Source: an uncultured Steroidobacteraceae bacterium (GTDB lineage: Bacteria > Pseudomonadota > Gammaproteobacteria > Steroidobacterales > Steroidobacteraceae). Taken from it: DNA of 64,000 nt. Shown here piece by piece: positions 29,347-38,650 of this stretch. The stretch's first letter is position 1. Every line of letters begins with the position of its first letter. Position numbers and translations under genes: made by a program. The stretch is from the NCBI GenBank assembly GCA_964444835.1, contig CAYUIT010000016.1, forward strand, positions 481 to 64,480, given 5' to 3'. The notes under the pieces were generated by a model that had not been told where the DNA came from, made no database searches, and was given only the letters and a program-made list of their open reading frames with translations.

Positions 29347-32300
29347 TCATGCGCCGAGCAAGATGCGGCACTCATGCGCTCTGCCCGTTCGCGGCAGCGT
29401 GATGCGTACCTCGCCGTCGCTCACGGCTATCGGCTCACCGTCGAAGCGTGCGTCCACGACGCGAGCCGCACACTCGGCTGGGTTGCGAACATCAAGGTGA
29501 ACCGTCGTGCCATCTGCAGCACGGTAAGTGAGTTGGAATCCCGGCCAACTATCGGCCACCCGCGGGCGCACGACCAGCGTCGTGCCGCGCTCGACGCGCA
29601 CACCCAAAATCGACTCGATCGCGACGCGATAGAGCCAGCCCGCTGAACCTGTGTACCAAGTCCAGCCGCCGCGGCCCACGTGCGGTGCGGCCCCGTAGAC
29701 ATCGGCCGCAATCACGTATGGCTCGACCTTGTAGCGTTCGGCCGCCGCGCGATCGAGGGTATGGCTTACGGGTAGCAAAGACTCCAGCAATTGGCATGCT
29801 CGATCGCGCCGGCCAGCCTCCGCCATTGCCCTAACAACCCAAACTGCTGCGTGTGTGTACTGACCGCCGTTCTCGCGTACGCCCGCGACATACCCTTTGA
29901 TGTAACCCGGATCGTTGGGCGTCTCGACGAACGGTGGCGTGAGCAAGCGAATCAGCCCTTGCTCGTCGTCGATCAAGTGCGCTTCCACGGAGTCGAGTGA
30001 ACGTTCGATACGCTCGCGCGGCGCCACGTGCGACATCACAGCCCACGCCTGTGCCAGCGCATCGATGCGACACTCATCGCTCGCCTGCGAGCCGAGAACC
30101 GCACCGTTGTCGTACCAGCCGCGTCGGTACCAACCACCGTCCCAGCCGTCCGCATTGAGTGCGACGGTTAGTTCATCACGATGCCGCCGGTAGCGCTGAG
30201 CGCGCTCCGCGTCACCGCGGGCAATACACAGTGGCAAGAAATCATCGATGACCGTGACGAGAAAGAATCCCATCCACGTGCTCTCGCCGCGCCCATCATG
30301 ACCGACGCGATTCATGCCATCGTTCCAATCGCCGGCTCCAAACAAGGGCAAGCCATGCACCCCGCGCGTGAGCGAGCGATCGATCGCACGGCAACAATGC
30401 TCGTATACCGTGGCGCTCTCGGCTGCTAGCTGCACTGGCAGATAGGCCTCAGCCTCTCCGGCAAGCAAGGCACGCGCATGCACGAACGGAACGCGCTCAT
30501 CGAGCAGCGCAGCGTCTCCCGTCGTCGCCGTGTAGTAAGCCGTGATCCACGGCAGCCACAGCAAGTCGTCGGCGAAGCGCGTACGGATGCCGACTTCATG
30601 CGGCGGATGCCACCAATGCAACACGTCCCCTTCCACGAACTGGTGCGCGGCATGCAAGAGAATCTGCGCGCGCGTCATGTCTGGACGTAGCAATACAATG
30701 GAAGCGGCGTCCTGCAATTGATCGCGAAAGCCGAACGCGCCGCCCGACTGGTAGAACGCGCTGCGCGCCCAAATGCGACACGCGATGTCCTGATAGGGCA
30801 ACCAACCGTTCAACATGGCATCGAGCGCGGGAGACGGCGTTTTCACTTGCACCCGCTCGAACAGCGCTTGCCAGCTCGTCCGTACGGCTAACAACTCAGT
30901 CTCGACCTCCCCGGGCGAGCGATAGCGTGCGAGCAAAGCTGCAACCTCGGCATCCGTCGCTGCCATCCCGAGCAGGAAACTCACCTCGCGCGTCTCGCCA
31001 GGCGGGATCTCCAGCGTCACCTGCAAGACCGCACACGGTTCGCCGCTGCTCGACACCGGTGGCAAATGGTCGCGCAGCAGAGCCGCTGGCGCGCGAACTG
31101 ACCCCGGAACACCGAGGAATGCCGCTCGATCGGCACACCAACCATCCACCTTGTCGCGATCCACCGCAGCAAATGCCGTCCCGGCGAACGGCGCCAACGA
31201 AGCGGAGTTACGTGCGAGCACGGCTTGCTGCGACGCGGAGAACTCCGCATTCACCGTCGCGCGCGTCGCCTCACCCGTGCCACCCAGGACCCAGCGGTTA
31301 TAGCCGTAAACCGCCACACGCCGCGACGCTTGGCCGGTGTTGCGGATTCGCACGCGCGTCACCCGGAGCGAGTCTTGGCGCGGGACGAACATCGTCGTCT
31401 CCTGCTCGAGACCCGCCACGTTGCAACGCCAAGTGCTAAAGCCAAAGCCATGACGCGCCTCGTAATCGACCGGCGCCGGCACAGGACCTGGCTGGGGAGA
31501 CCACACAGCGCCGCTCGATAGATCCTTTACGTAGAGCGCGTCACCGTGCGGATCGACGATGGGATCGTTGCTCCACGGTGTTAGGCGGTACTCCCGGCTA
31601 TTGCGCCACCACGAATTGCCAGCGCCCGACTCACTGACGAAGCAACCGAAGTTGGGATTGGCCAGCACGTTGATCCACGCGGCCGGCGGCAACTGTAGAT
31701 GACCTGTGACATCGCGCTGCATACGTACGACGTACTCTCGACCACAGTCGGCGAAACCGCCGAAGCCGTTATCGAACAGCAGCGGCTCGGACCGGGTCGC
31801 CACAGCGGCGGCATCGACACACGCTCGCATCACGGCCTCAGTCGTCGGCGCCATGAGCGGAGCCAAGGAATTCGTCATTTGCGCCACGATGAGTGGCGCG
31901 CTCGATGCGGAATAGACCGGCGACCCGGCTGCTCCGCGCTGTGCGCTTGCGCGACGCAATCGCTCAAGGACGTCCGCCACCGAGTCCGCAGCCGCCAACG
32001 CGAATCGAACGGTGCTCGTGGAGCCCGCCTCCAGAGTGAGTATCGTGCGCAGCGCAAATGCGGGATCCAACACGTTCCCGCAAGTTGCGCCGAGCGGCTG
32101 TGCCGTCACCAGGCTTGCGGGCGCACGCACATGGCGACCCCGGCCGATGAAGCGCGCGCGATCTGTCGTGTAATCCGTGACGGGAGCGTCGAGCAGCGCG
32201 TGAGCTACCGCGGGCGATGTTTCGCCGTGGCCGCGCGGCCGACGCGTCGCGATCAGAAAGCCATCCTCGGCGCGACGAGTTTGCACGAACAACTTCGAGA

Positions 32301-32781
32301 ACGCCGGGTGCCCCTCGTGTGCTGCAGGAGTATTCAGCGCAAGCGCCAGAAAGCTGGTGAGCTCGATTCGCCGCGTCACGTTGCTCGTGTTGGTGAGCGC
32401 GCAGGTGCGCACCTCTAACGCCGGCGAGCCCTCGAGCGCGATGCTCACGCGCGAGTGGACGCCCGCGTGCCGTCGTTCGATCGTGATGGCGCGATCCGTG
32501 CTCGTGACGCTACCGGGCTCGTGCCCAGCGCACGCGCGGCCCGAGACCGTCCAGAATTCGCCGCTGTCGAGATCGCGCGCAAAGACGTAGAAACCGCCCT
32601 CACCTTCGACCGGGTCCGGACGCCAGACGTCCAGCAACCAATCGCCAAAACTCGAGAAGCCGCCACCGATGGACGTGACGACGACCGCGCTGCGTCCATC
32701 GCTCAACACATGATGCGATCGAACGCTCGCTGCACGGCTCGAGCGCGGCACCGCTCCAAACGACTCACTCATGGTTGGCAA
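29347..32781 (-). CDS. GH94 family glycan phosphorylase. The large (about 1100 aa) form suggests a 1,2-beta-oligoglucan phosphorylase-like enzyme.
   Basis: 1144 aa. GH94-type blocks: NGFGGF...GREYVV, WINVLANPNFGCFVSESGAGNSWWRNSREYRLTPWSNDPIVDPHGDALYVKD and FRDQLQDA...QFVEGDVLHWWHP. The size and the GH144/GH1 neighbours suggest beta-1,2 specificity, which is an inference. Confidence 0.8.
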   Translation of the reverse strand: MPTMSESFGAVPRSSRAASVRSHHVLSDGRSAVVVTSIGGGFSSFGDWLLDVWRPDPVEGEGGFYVFARDLDSGEFWTVSGRACAGHEPGSVTSTDRAITIERRHAGVHSRVSIALEGSPALEVRTCALTNTSNVTRRIELTSFLALALNTPAAHEGHPAFSKLFVQTRRAEDGFLIATRRPRGHGETSPAVAHALLDAPVTDYTTDRARFIGRGRHVRAPASLVTAQPLGATCGNVLDPAFALRTILTLEAGSTSTVRFALAAADSVADVLERLRRASAQRGAAGSPVYSASSAPLIVAQMTNSLAPLMAPTTEAVMRACVDAAAVATRSEPLLFDNGFGGFADCGREYVVRMQRDVTGHLQLPPAAWINVLANPNFGCFVSESGAGNSWWRNSREYRLTPWSNDPIVDPHGDALYVKDLSSGAVWSPQPGPVPAPVDYEARHGFGFSTWRCNVAGLEQETTMFVPRQDSLRVTRVRIRNTGQASRRVAVYGYNRWVLGGTGEATRATVNAEFSASQQAVLARNSASLAPFAGTAFAAVDRDKVDGWCADRAAFLGVPGSVRAPAALLRDHLPPVSSSGEPCAVLQVTLEIPPGETREVSFLLGMAATDAEVAALLARYRSPGEVETELLAVRTSWQALFERVQVKTPSPALDAMLNGWLPYQDIACRIWARSAFYQSGGAFGFRDQLQDAASIVLLRPDMTRAQILLHAAHQFVEGDVLHWWHPPHEVGIRTRFADDLLWLPWITAYYTATTGDAALLDERVPFVHARALLAGEAEAYLPVQLAAESATVYEHCCRAIDRSLTRGVHGLPLFGAGDWNDGMNRVGHDGRGESTWMGFFLVTVIDDFLPLCIARGDAERAQRYRRHRDELTVALNADGWDGGWYRRGWYDNGAVLGSQASDECRIDALAQAWAVMSHVAPRERIERSLDSVEAHLIDDEQGLIRLLTPPFVETPNDPGYIKGYVAGVRENGGQYTHAAVWVVRAMAEAGRRDRACQLLESLLPVSHTLDRAAAERYKVEPYVIAADVYGAAPHVGRGGWTWYTGSAGWLYRVAIESILGVRVERGTTLVVRPRVADSWPGFQLTYRAADGTTVHLDVRNPAECAARVVDARFDGEPIAVSDGEVRITLPRTGRAHECRILLGA

Positions 32782-34290
32782 CTAGTTAGCTTTCACAAAG
32801 CGGGCGATGAACTGTTCGTGCTCGGGCATCGCACCCACACACGCGGCGATCACACGGTGCACGCTGCGCTCGAGCTCTTCGAGTTCCTGCTGCGGAATCA
32901 GATCCACAGCCGGGTGATAGCCGACGGGCATGCGGTTCTGACCGACGAGCACTTGCACCCAACTCGTCACCGCAAACATTTCATCTGCATTACGAAAGAA
33001 GCGGCCACTCTCGTTGAACAAGCGCAGGTTGTCGTCGAGCTCAGGAGGAATGCGCATATTCGCGCAGTACTCCCAGAACGGCGAATCGCGCCGATCGGTG
33101 GCGTAGTAGTGCAAGATCAAAAAGTCGCGAATTCGCTCGTACTCGAACGCAGCCTGCGCGTTGTAGCGATCGATCAACGTCTGACTGAAGCTGCGGTCTG
33201 GAAACAAATTGATCAAGCGGCCGACGCCGCTTTGGATCAGGTAGATACTGGTCGATTCGAGCGGCTCGAGAAAGCCACTCGCAAGACCGATGGCCACGCA
33301 ATTGCGATTCCAAATCTTGCGCCGTCGACCCGTCGTGAATTTCAGGATGCGCGGCTCGGCCAGTACCTTGCCATCGAGATTCGCAAGCAACGTCTCGCGT
33401 GCGGCGTCATCGCTGATATAGCCGCTCGAATACACGTAGCCGTTACCCGTCCGATGCTGCAGTGGGATGCGCCACTGCCAACCGGCCGCGCGCGCCGTGG
33501 AGCGCGTGTACGGTGTCGCGGGCCCCGTCTTCTCGCACGGCACGGCCATCGCGCGATCGCACGGTAACCACTGTGTCCAATTCTCATAACCACTTTGCAG
33601 CGCCTGCTCGATCAACAGCCCGCGAAAGCCCGAGCAATCGACGAACAAGTCGGCAGCGATACGCTCGCCGCTCGCCATTTGCACGGACTCGATGAATCCG
33701 TCCTCGGGCCGCAGATGCACATCCACGACTTGACCTTCGGTGCGCCGCACGCCACGCGCTTCGGAATAGCTGCGCAGGAACGCCGCGTACAACCCAGCAT
33801 CGAAGTGATACGCGTGCGCGATGTGCGACAACGGGCTGTTAGGCGGCGCATCCGTCGCAGACGACATGAACTTCATGAGCGGCGCTGCGGCGGTGTGGAT
33901 CGAGTACGCGCCGATATGATCGGCTTTGCCGGCTAAGCGGAGCTTCAGCCAATACTGGTGGAACGGCAGGAATCCATAGTCGTGACCGATTTGGCCGAAG
34001 CCGTGGATGTAGCGATCGCCGATGCGACCCCAATCGCAGAACTGGATACCCAGCTTGAAGGTGCCGCGAACCGCTTTGACAAAATCGATCTCGTTGATGC
34101 CGAGTGCATCGTTGAAAGTCTGCAGATGCGGGACGGTAGCCTCGCCCACGCCAACCGTGCCGATCTCGTCCGACTCGATCAATCGGATCGAACAGGAATC
34201 GCCGAGCGCCTTGATCAGGGCAGCGGCAGACATCCAGCCGGCAGTGCCCCCGCCGACGATTACGATACTGCGAATTCGCTTGTCGCTCAC
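32782..34290 (-). CDS. Flavin-dependent (tryptophan-type) halogenase family protein
   Basis: 502 aa with the FAD motif IVIVGGGTAGWMSA and GVGEATVP. A conserved Lys context (GTFKLGIQF) and the halogenase signature WxWxIP (GWQWRIPL) are present. The stop abuts the GH94 start with zero gap. Confidence 0.8.
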   Translation of the reverse strand: MSDKRIRSIVIVGGGTAGWMSAAALIKALGDSCSIRLIESDEIGTVGVGEATVPHLQTFNDALGINEIDFVKAVRGTFKLGIQFCDWGRIGDRYIHGFGQIGHDYGFLPFHQYWLKLRLAGKADHIGAYSIHTAAAPLMKFMSSATDAPPNSPLSHIAHAYHFDAGLYAAFLRSYSEARGVRRTEGQVVDVHLRPEDGFIESVQMASGERIAADLFVDCSGFRGLLIEQALQSGYENWTQWLPCDRAMAVPCEKTGPATPYTRSTARAAGWQWRIPLQHRTGNGYVYSSGYISDDAARETLLANLDGKVLAEPRILKFTTGRRRKIWNRNCVAIGLASGFLEPLESTSIYLIQSGVGRLINLFPDRSFSQTLIDRYNAQAAFEYERIRDFLILHYYATDRRDSPFWEYCANMRIPPELDDNLRLFNESGRFFRNADEMFAVTSWVQVLVGQNRMPVGYHPAVDLIPQQELEELERSVHRVIAACVGAMPEHEQFIARFVKAN

Positions 34291-34371
34291 AGAGTCACCG
34301 TTACCCGCCTAACACCCGTGCGCGAGCGTGGCAGGCAGACGCTGCAACATGCAACCAGAACGGAGCCCCGG

Positions 34372-34399
34372 CTCAACCACCGGGGCTCCTCGTTGCAGG
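34372..34399 (-). terminator. Hairpin directly after the TonB-dependent receptor stop
   Basis: A perfect 10-bp stem, GGAGCCCCGG...CCGGGGCTCC, with an 8-nt loop. On the minus strand it is followed by GTTCTGGTT, a weak T-tract. Confidence 0.45.
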
Positions 34400-34400
34400 C

Positions 34401-37400
34401 TTAGAACTTCGCACCGAACGTCAACCGCATCTGGCGCGGTACGCCCGAGATGTTGCCCGTGGGGTTGTAGTCGCCACCGGTCACGATACCGTTGGCGCCA
34501 GCCACGTCGATGTAGTCAACCAAGTTCTTCGAGTTCGTGATGTTGAGCATGTCGAGACGCAAATAGGCCGTCGACAAATCACGAATCTGGAAGTTCTTCG
34601 TCAATTGCAGATCGAGGCTGCGGTAACCGTTACCCGACGCTTCGTACGACACCGCCGTGCACTGACCGCCGTTGGGGAACGAGGGGCCTGCACTGTTAAA
34701 GCACGTGATCGTGTTTCGCGGCAACGGGCTGGCCAGCGTGAGCTTGGCGGCAGCCACGATGTCCCACGGCGCGCGATACGTGAACGTGCCTACGAAGCGA
34801 TGCTTCGCGGCCGCATTCGACGTGATGAACGGGTAGAGCGAGATGTTCGCTTCGTCAAACGAGTAATGCTCGTTGATGTCGCGGTTCTGCTTTGCCTTCG
34901 TGAACGTGTACGCGAGCGTGGTACCCCAACGCGAATCGCGCGTATACGGCTTGTCGGCGGACAGCAGGAATTGCGTGTTGCGAGTCTCGATACCGTTGCG
35001 ACCGATGATCAAGTTGCCAGCAAGTCCCGGCGGCGCAAACAACCACGGCTGCGCTGGCCCACCCCACGGCACAGGGCCCCAGAAAGAACCGTCCGGACGA
35101 CGATTGCCGAGGTTGAACGCAAAGCCATCATGGCTCTCGATGCGCGAGATCGTCGCACTCGTATTCCAGTCGCCAATGCGATTGCGCATACCGAGGCTGA
35201 ACTGGTCGGAGTACGGCATCTTCAGCCGATTGTTCATCATGTTCATTTCGCCGGCCGCCGCCCCGCCGAGCAGCGCTTGCAGATTCTGCACGCCATTCAG
35301 GAAGTTCGGATTCCACGCGAAGCATGACGTGTTGTTGACGGTGCACGGATGATCGGGCGTGTTGAAGCGCACTTCCGCCTGACCGAGCGCGATCTTGGTC
35401 TGCTCGAGCTGCAAGAAGTCGTACAAGTTGCGATCGTAGCTGCGGCCTGCGCCGCCGAAGATCACATGCTCTTGATCGGCGCCAATGTCGTACGAGAAGC
35501 CGAAGCGCGGCGCGAAGTTGCCCTTCTCGCTGCGGTTGTTACCCGTGCTGATGTAGTCGTTGATATTGATGGCTGTCGAACCATCGGAGCTCCGCCCGAG
35601 CGTCTGACCGTAGGTCAAGCCACCCGTGCCCGGCACGACGGTGTTCAGCGCGTTGATGACGACTTGCGGCGTCACGAAGTCGGAATACGACGGATTCTTT
35701 TCGAGATCCCAACGTGCACCGATGTTCAACGTGAGGTGATCGTTCACCGCCCAGTCGTCTTGCAAGAAGATGCCCAGTTGCTTGGCGCTCGATTCCACTT
35801 TCGGATCGAGCCCCGCGACCGGCAGCGCGAACACCGCCTTGTAAGGAATCGTCGCGGTCCCTGCGGCCGTGACGTCGTACGAGAACACCGGATTGTTGAT
35901 GATCGCGTCCTGCGCCACGAGATCGACGAGCTTGTACTTGATGCCCGCCTTGATCGTGTGATCGCCCTTCCATTCGAGATTTGAGAAGGTGAGCGTGTTG
36001 GCGATTGCCCAACCTTTCTGGCCCTTGTTCTGACCCGCACGCGGATCGACGCCATTCGTTGCAAGAATACGTCGATCGTTGCCCGAGTCGAGGAACGTGT
36101 AAATGGCGCCGTTCTCACCCGCGTTCTTGACCTGCGGGTTGAAGAACGCATCTTCCCACGTCAGCAACAATTCGTTGAACCAGCGATCGCCGCTGCGCTG
36201 CCAGCGCAAATCGGCGCGATGATCCCAATTCTCGGTGCGAATCGACGCCGATGGTGCGGTACCCACGCCAGCGCCATCGCCGACGCTCTCTTCATCGCGA
36301 ATCTTGAAGGAGAAAGCAATGTGATCGCGATCCGTCGGTGAGTAGTCGAGTTTGCCGAAGATCAAATCTTCGTCGAACGGCAGCGTGGACGGCCCAATCT
36401 CGGCGCGCGCACTGGCCGGCAGCGCGGCAATCAGCGCGGCCGACGCGCTGTTGTCTGCGGTCACCGTGACGGGCGTGACGTAGCGCTTCGCCTCGAACGT
36501 GACCAAGAAATGCAGCTTATCCTCGATGATCGGTCCGCCGAGCGCGAAGCCGTACTCTTTGGTCTCGGACTTCGTCTTGCGCCCCGAGGCTGTCTCGCCG
36601 GGCGTCTTTGCACGCCAGCCATCCTCGGTGTAAGTGAAAAACGCATCGCCCTCGAACTCGTTAGTGCCCGAGCGAGTCTCTGCCGTAATCGCGGCGCTCG
36701 CCACTTGGTCGTACTCAGCCTTGTAGTTAGACGTGATGACCTTGTACTCGCCGATTGCGAGCTGCGGGAACGGATTGCCTTGCGAGTTGTCCGTTTGGCC
36801 TGAGAGACCCGATCGCACGTAGCCTTTCTGGCCCACGCCGTCGATGTACACATTGACGGTCGCGTCCTTCTGCGCGCCGCCGCGAATGCTCGTGCGGCCT
36901 TTCGAGTCGACGTTGAAAACGACGCCCGGAACGACATCCGCAAACTCGAGGAAGTTGCGAGTCAATTGCGGCACGGATTCGATCTGTGCGAGTGAAACGA
37001 CGCCACCGACTTCAGAGGTGCGAGTCTCTGCCAAGCGGCGCGCACTAACGACCACCTGCTCGAGCGAGGCATCGGCTGCAACCTCAGCCGAGACGGGCGC
37101 AGCGGCCGTGAGATCCAGCGTACCGGTCGAGGCTACGGTCAATGTGACCGTCTGCTCGCCCGCGCCGTTGGCGCTTACTCGGTAAGTTCCAGGCGGCAAG
37201 CCGATGAGCGTGTACGTGCCATCCGATCCTGCGATCGTGCGACGCGCGACACCGGTCGAAACATTGCGCGCGGTGATCTCGGCATTCGGCGGCGCTACAC
37301 CGCGAAGCGTGGCATCGGCGGTTTGCGCCCAGCCGGCCGTCGGCGCAGCGAGCGCCAGCGCGACAGCAGCGGCTACCATTGATTGCGGGCGTCGCTTCGC

Positions 37401-37427
37401 GAAGCCTCTCGGCAGATTTATTTTCAT
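34401..37427 (-). CDS. TonB-dependent receptor, Oar-like, with an N-terminal carboxypeptidase-regulatory-like domain
   Basis: From the ATG at 37427: MKINLPRGFAKRRPQSMVAAAVALALAAPTAGWAQ. It has a CarboxypepD_reg-like segment (GTYTLIGLPPGTYRV) followed by plug and barrel domains, and ends ..LTFGAKF. Confidence 0.9.
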   Translation of the reverse strand: MKINLPRGFAKRRPQSMVAAAVALALAAPTAGWAQTADATLRGVAPPNAEITARNVSTGVARRTIAGSDGTYTLIGLPPGTYRVSANGAGEQTVTLTVASTGTLDLTAAAPVSAEVAADASLEQVVVSARRLAETRTSEVGGVVSLAQIESVPQLTRNFLEFADVVPGVVFNVDSKGRTSIRGGAQKDATVNVYIDGVGQKGYVRSGLSGQTDNSQGNPFPQLAIGEYKVITSNYKAEYDQVASAAITAETRSGTNEFEGDAFFTYTEDGWRAKTPGETASGRKTKSETKEYGFALGGPIIEDKLHFLVTFEAKRYVTPVTVTADNSASAALIAALPASARAEIGPSTLPFDEDLIFGKLDYSPTDRDHIAFSFKIRDEESVGDGAGVGTAPSASIRTENWDHRADLRWQRSGDRWFNELLLTWEDAFFNPQVKNAGENGAIYTFLDSGNDRRILATNGVDPRAGQNKGQKGWAIANTLTFSNLEWKGDHTIKAGIKYKLVDLVAQDAIINNPVFSYDVTAAGTATIPYKAVFALPVAGLDPKVESSAKQLGIFLQDDWAVNDHLTLNIGARWDLEKNPSYSDFVTPQVVINALNTVVPGTGGLTYGQTLGRSSDGSTAININDYISTGNNRSEKGNFAPRFGFSYDIGADQEHVIFGGAGRSYDRNLYDFLQLEQTKIALGQAEVRFNTPDHPCTVNNTSCFAWNPNFLNGVQNLQALLGGAAAGEMNMMNNRLKMPYSDQFSLGMRNRIGDWNTSATISRIESHDGFAFNLGNRRPDGSFWGPVPWGGPAQPWLFAPPGLAGNLIIGRNGIETRNTQFLLSADKPYTRDSRWGTTLAYTFTKAKQNRDINEHYSFDEANISLYPFITSNAAAKHRFVGTFTYRAPWDIVAAAKLTLASPLPRNTITCFNSAGPSFPNGGQCTAVSYEASGNGYRSLDLQLTKNFQIRDLSTAYLRLDMLNITNSKNLVDYIDVAGANGIVTGGDYNPTGNISGVPRQMRLTFGAKF

Positions 37428-37492
37428 CGTTGTTACCCTCCTCGATTTTCTGAACTTCCGTGCCAACGCTGCGGCATAACTGCCGCGCCGGC

Positions 37493-38542
37493 CTACCAAC
37501 CCTTCTTCGGTGAATTCGCTCCGATTGCCGTGAGCGTGGCCGCTTGGCGCCCGCACGACGCACGGACCACCAGTTCGGTTCGCAACACTTGATTGCCGGC
37601 AACGACGTGATCGGGCTCTACGATCGATGCGGCCAGCCGCTCAACCGCCAGCTCGCCCAGTTCCTCGATGAGCACTTTGACGCTTGTTAGCGCCGGGGCG
37701 ACGTAGCGCGCGATCGGAATGTCGTCGTAGCCCGTGACCGCGATATCACGCGGCACAGCAATGCCCGCTTCAGCCAACGCAAACATGCAGCCGATAGCCA
37801 TCATGTCGTTGGAGGCAAACACCGCTTGCGGTCGATCGGCCAATGCCGCCAGCTTTTTTCCCACGCGCCATCCGGACTCTTCCGTGAAATCGCCGTGCAA
37901 AATCTCGGGATGGGCGTCCGGCAGCAGTTGGCGGAGCGCGTCGCGATAGCCACGCAAGCGCTCTTGCGCTTCGAAGTTCGCATCGGGACCTGCGATCACA
38001 GCGATCCGTCGATGGCCGCGCGAAACTAAGTGCTTCACCATCGCGAACGCACCGCCGTAGTTGTCGACGGTGAACGACGGCACCTTCGCACCGGCCGCAA
38101 CAGGTGTGTTCATCAAGACCAGGCGCGAATCACTGGGGATATTCGTTTGCAGAAATGCCGCATCCGCATGGGGCGACATCACCAGCAGCCCGTCGACGCG
38201 CCCATGCATTGCCCGCAATGCACTCGCCGCCTCTTGCGCATTTCCATGCGAGCTCGACACGAGCACGTTCAAGCCGCGCGCGCGCGCGGCGCGATCGATA
38301 CCGCGGATGAGCTCCGAGAAGAACTCGCCGTGCATGTCTGGCAACAGAACGCCAATCGTATGAGTGCGCTTTGTGATGAGACTGCGAGCGGCACCGTGCG
38401 GCGTGTAATTGAGTTCGGCGGCAATTCGCAGAATCCGCTCGCGTGTATCGGCCGATAATCCGGGTGAGCCATTGACGGCACGCGATACCGATGCGACCGA
38501 TACGCAAGCCCGCTCCGCCACGTCTTTGATGCTCGTCGGCAA
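37493..38542 (-). CDS. LacI-family transcriptional regulator (paralog of 25613..26626). The start is uncertain; TTG at 38542 is proposed.
   Basis: HTH region PTSIKDVAERACVSVASVSRAVNGS. No ATG lies near the HTH, and the ATG at 38650 would place both operators inside the CDS. A G7 run/GGGAG lies just upstream of the TTG. Confidence 0.8.
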   Translation of the reverse strand: MPTSIKDVAERACVSVASVSRAVNGSPGLSADTRERILRIAAELNYTPHGAARSLITKRTHTIGVLLPDMHGEFFSELIRGIDRAARARGLNVLVSSSHGNAQEAASALRAMHGRVDGLLVMSPHADAAFLQTNIPSDSRLVLMNTPVAAGAKVPSFTVDNYGGAFAMVKHLVSRGHRRIAVIAGPDANFEAQERLRGYRDALRQLLPDAHPEILHGDFTEESGWRVGKKLAALADRPQAVFASNDMMAIGCMFALAEAGIAVPRDIAVTGYDDIPIARYVAPALTSVKVLIEELGELAVERLAASIVEPDHVVAGNQVLRTELVVRASCGRQAATLTAIGANSPKKGW

Positions 38543-38580
38543 GACTCCCCCCCGTGTGAGCGGCACCAACTCATGCCACC

Positions 38581-38615
38581 CGGAAACGTTTTCGCACTGA
38601 ACGTAAACGTTTACG
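38581..38615. promoter_or_regulatory. Pair of LacI-type operators, type B
   Basis: CGGAAACGTTTTCG at 38581-38594 (6/7 arm match) and CGTAAACGTTTACG at 38602-38615 (a perfect 14-bp palindrome). Both lie just upstream of the LacI/receptor/halogenase/GH94 gene string. Confidence 0.5.
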
Positions 38616-38650
38616 CTGGCGAGGATACAAAGACGGGCCGAACGTGTCAA

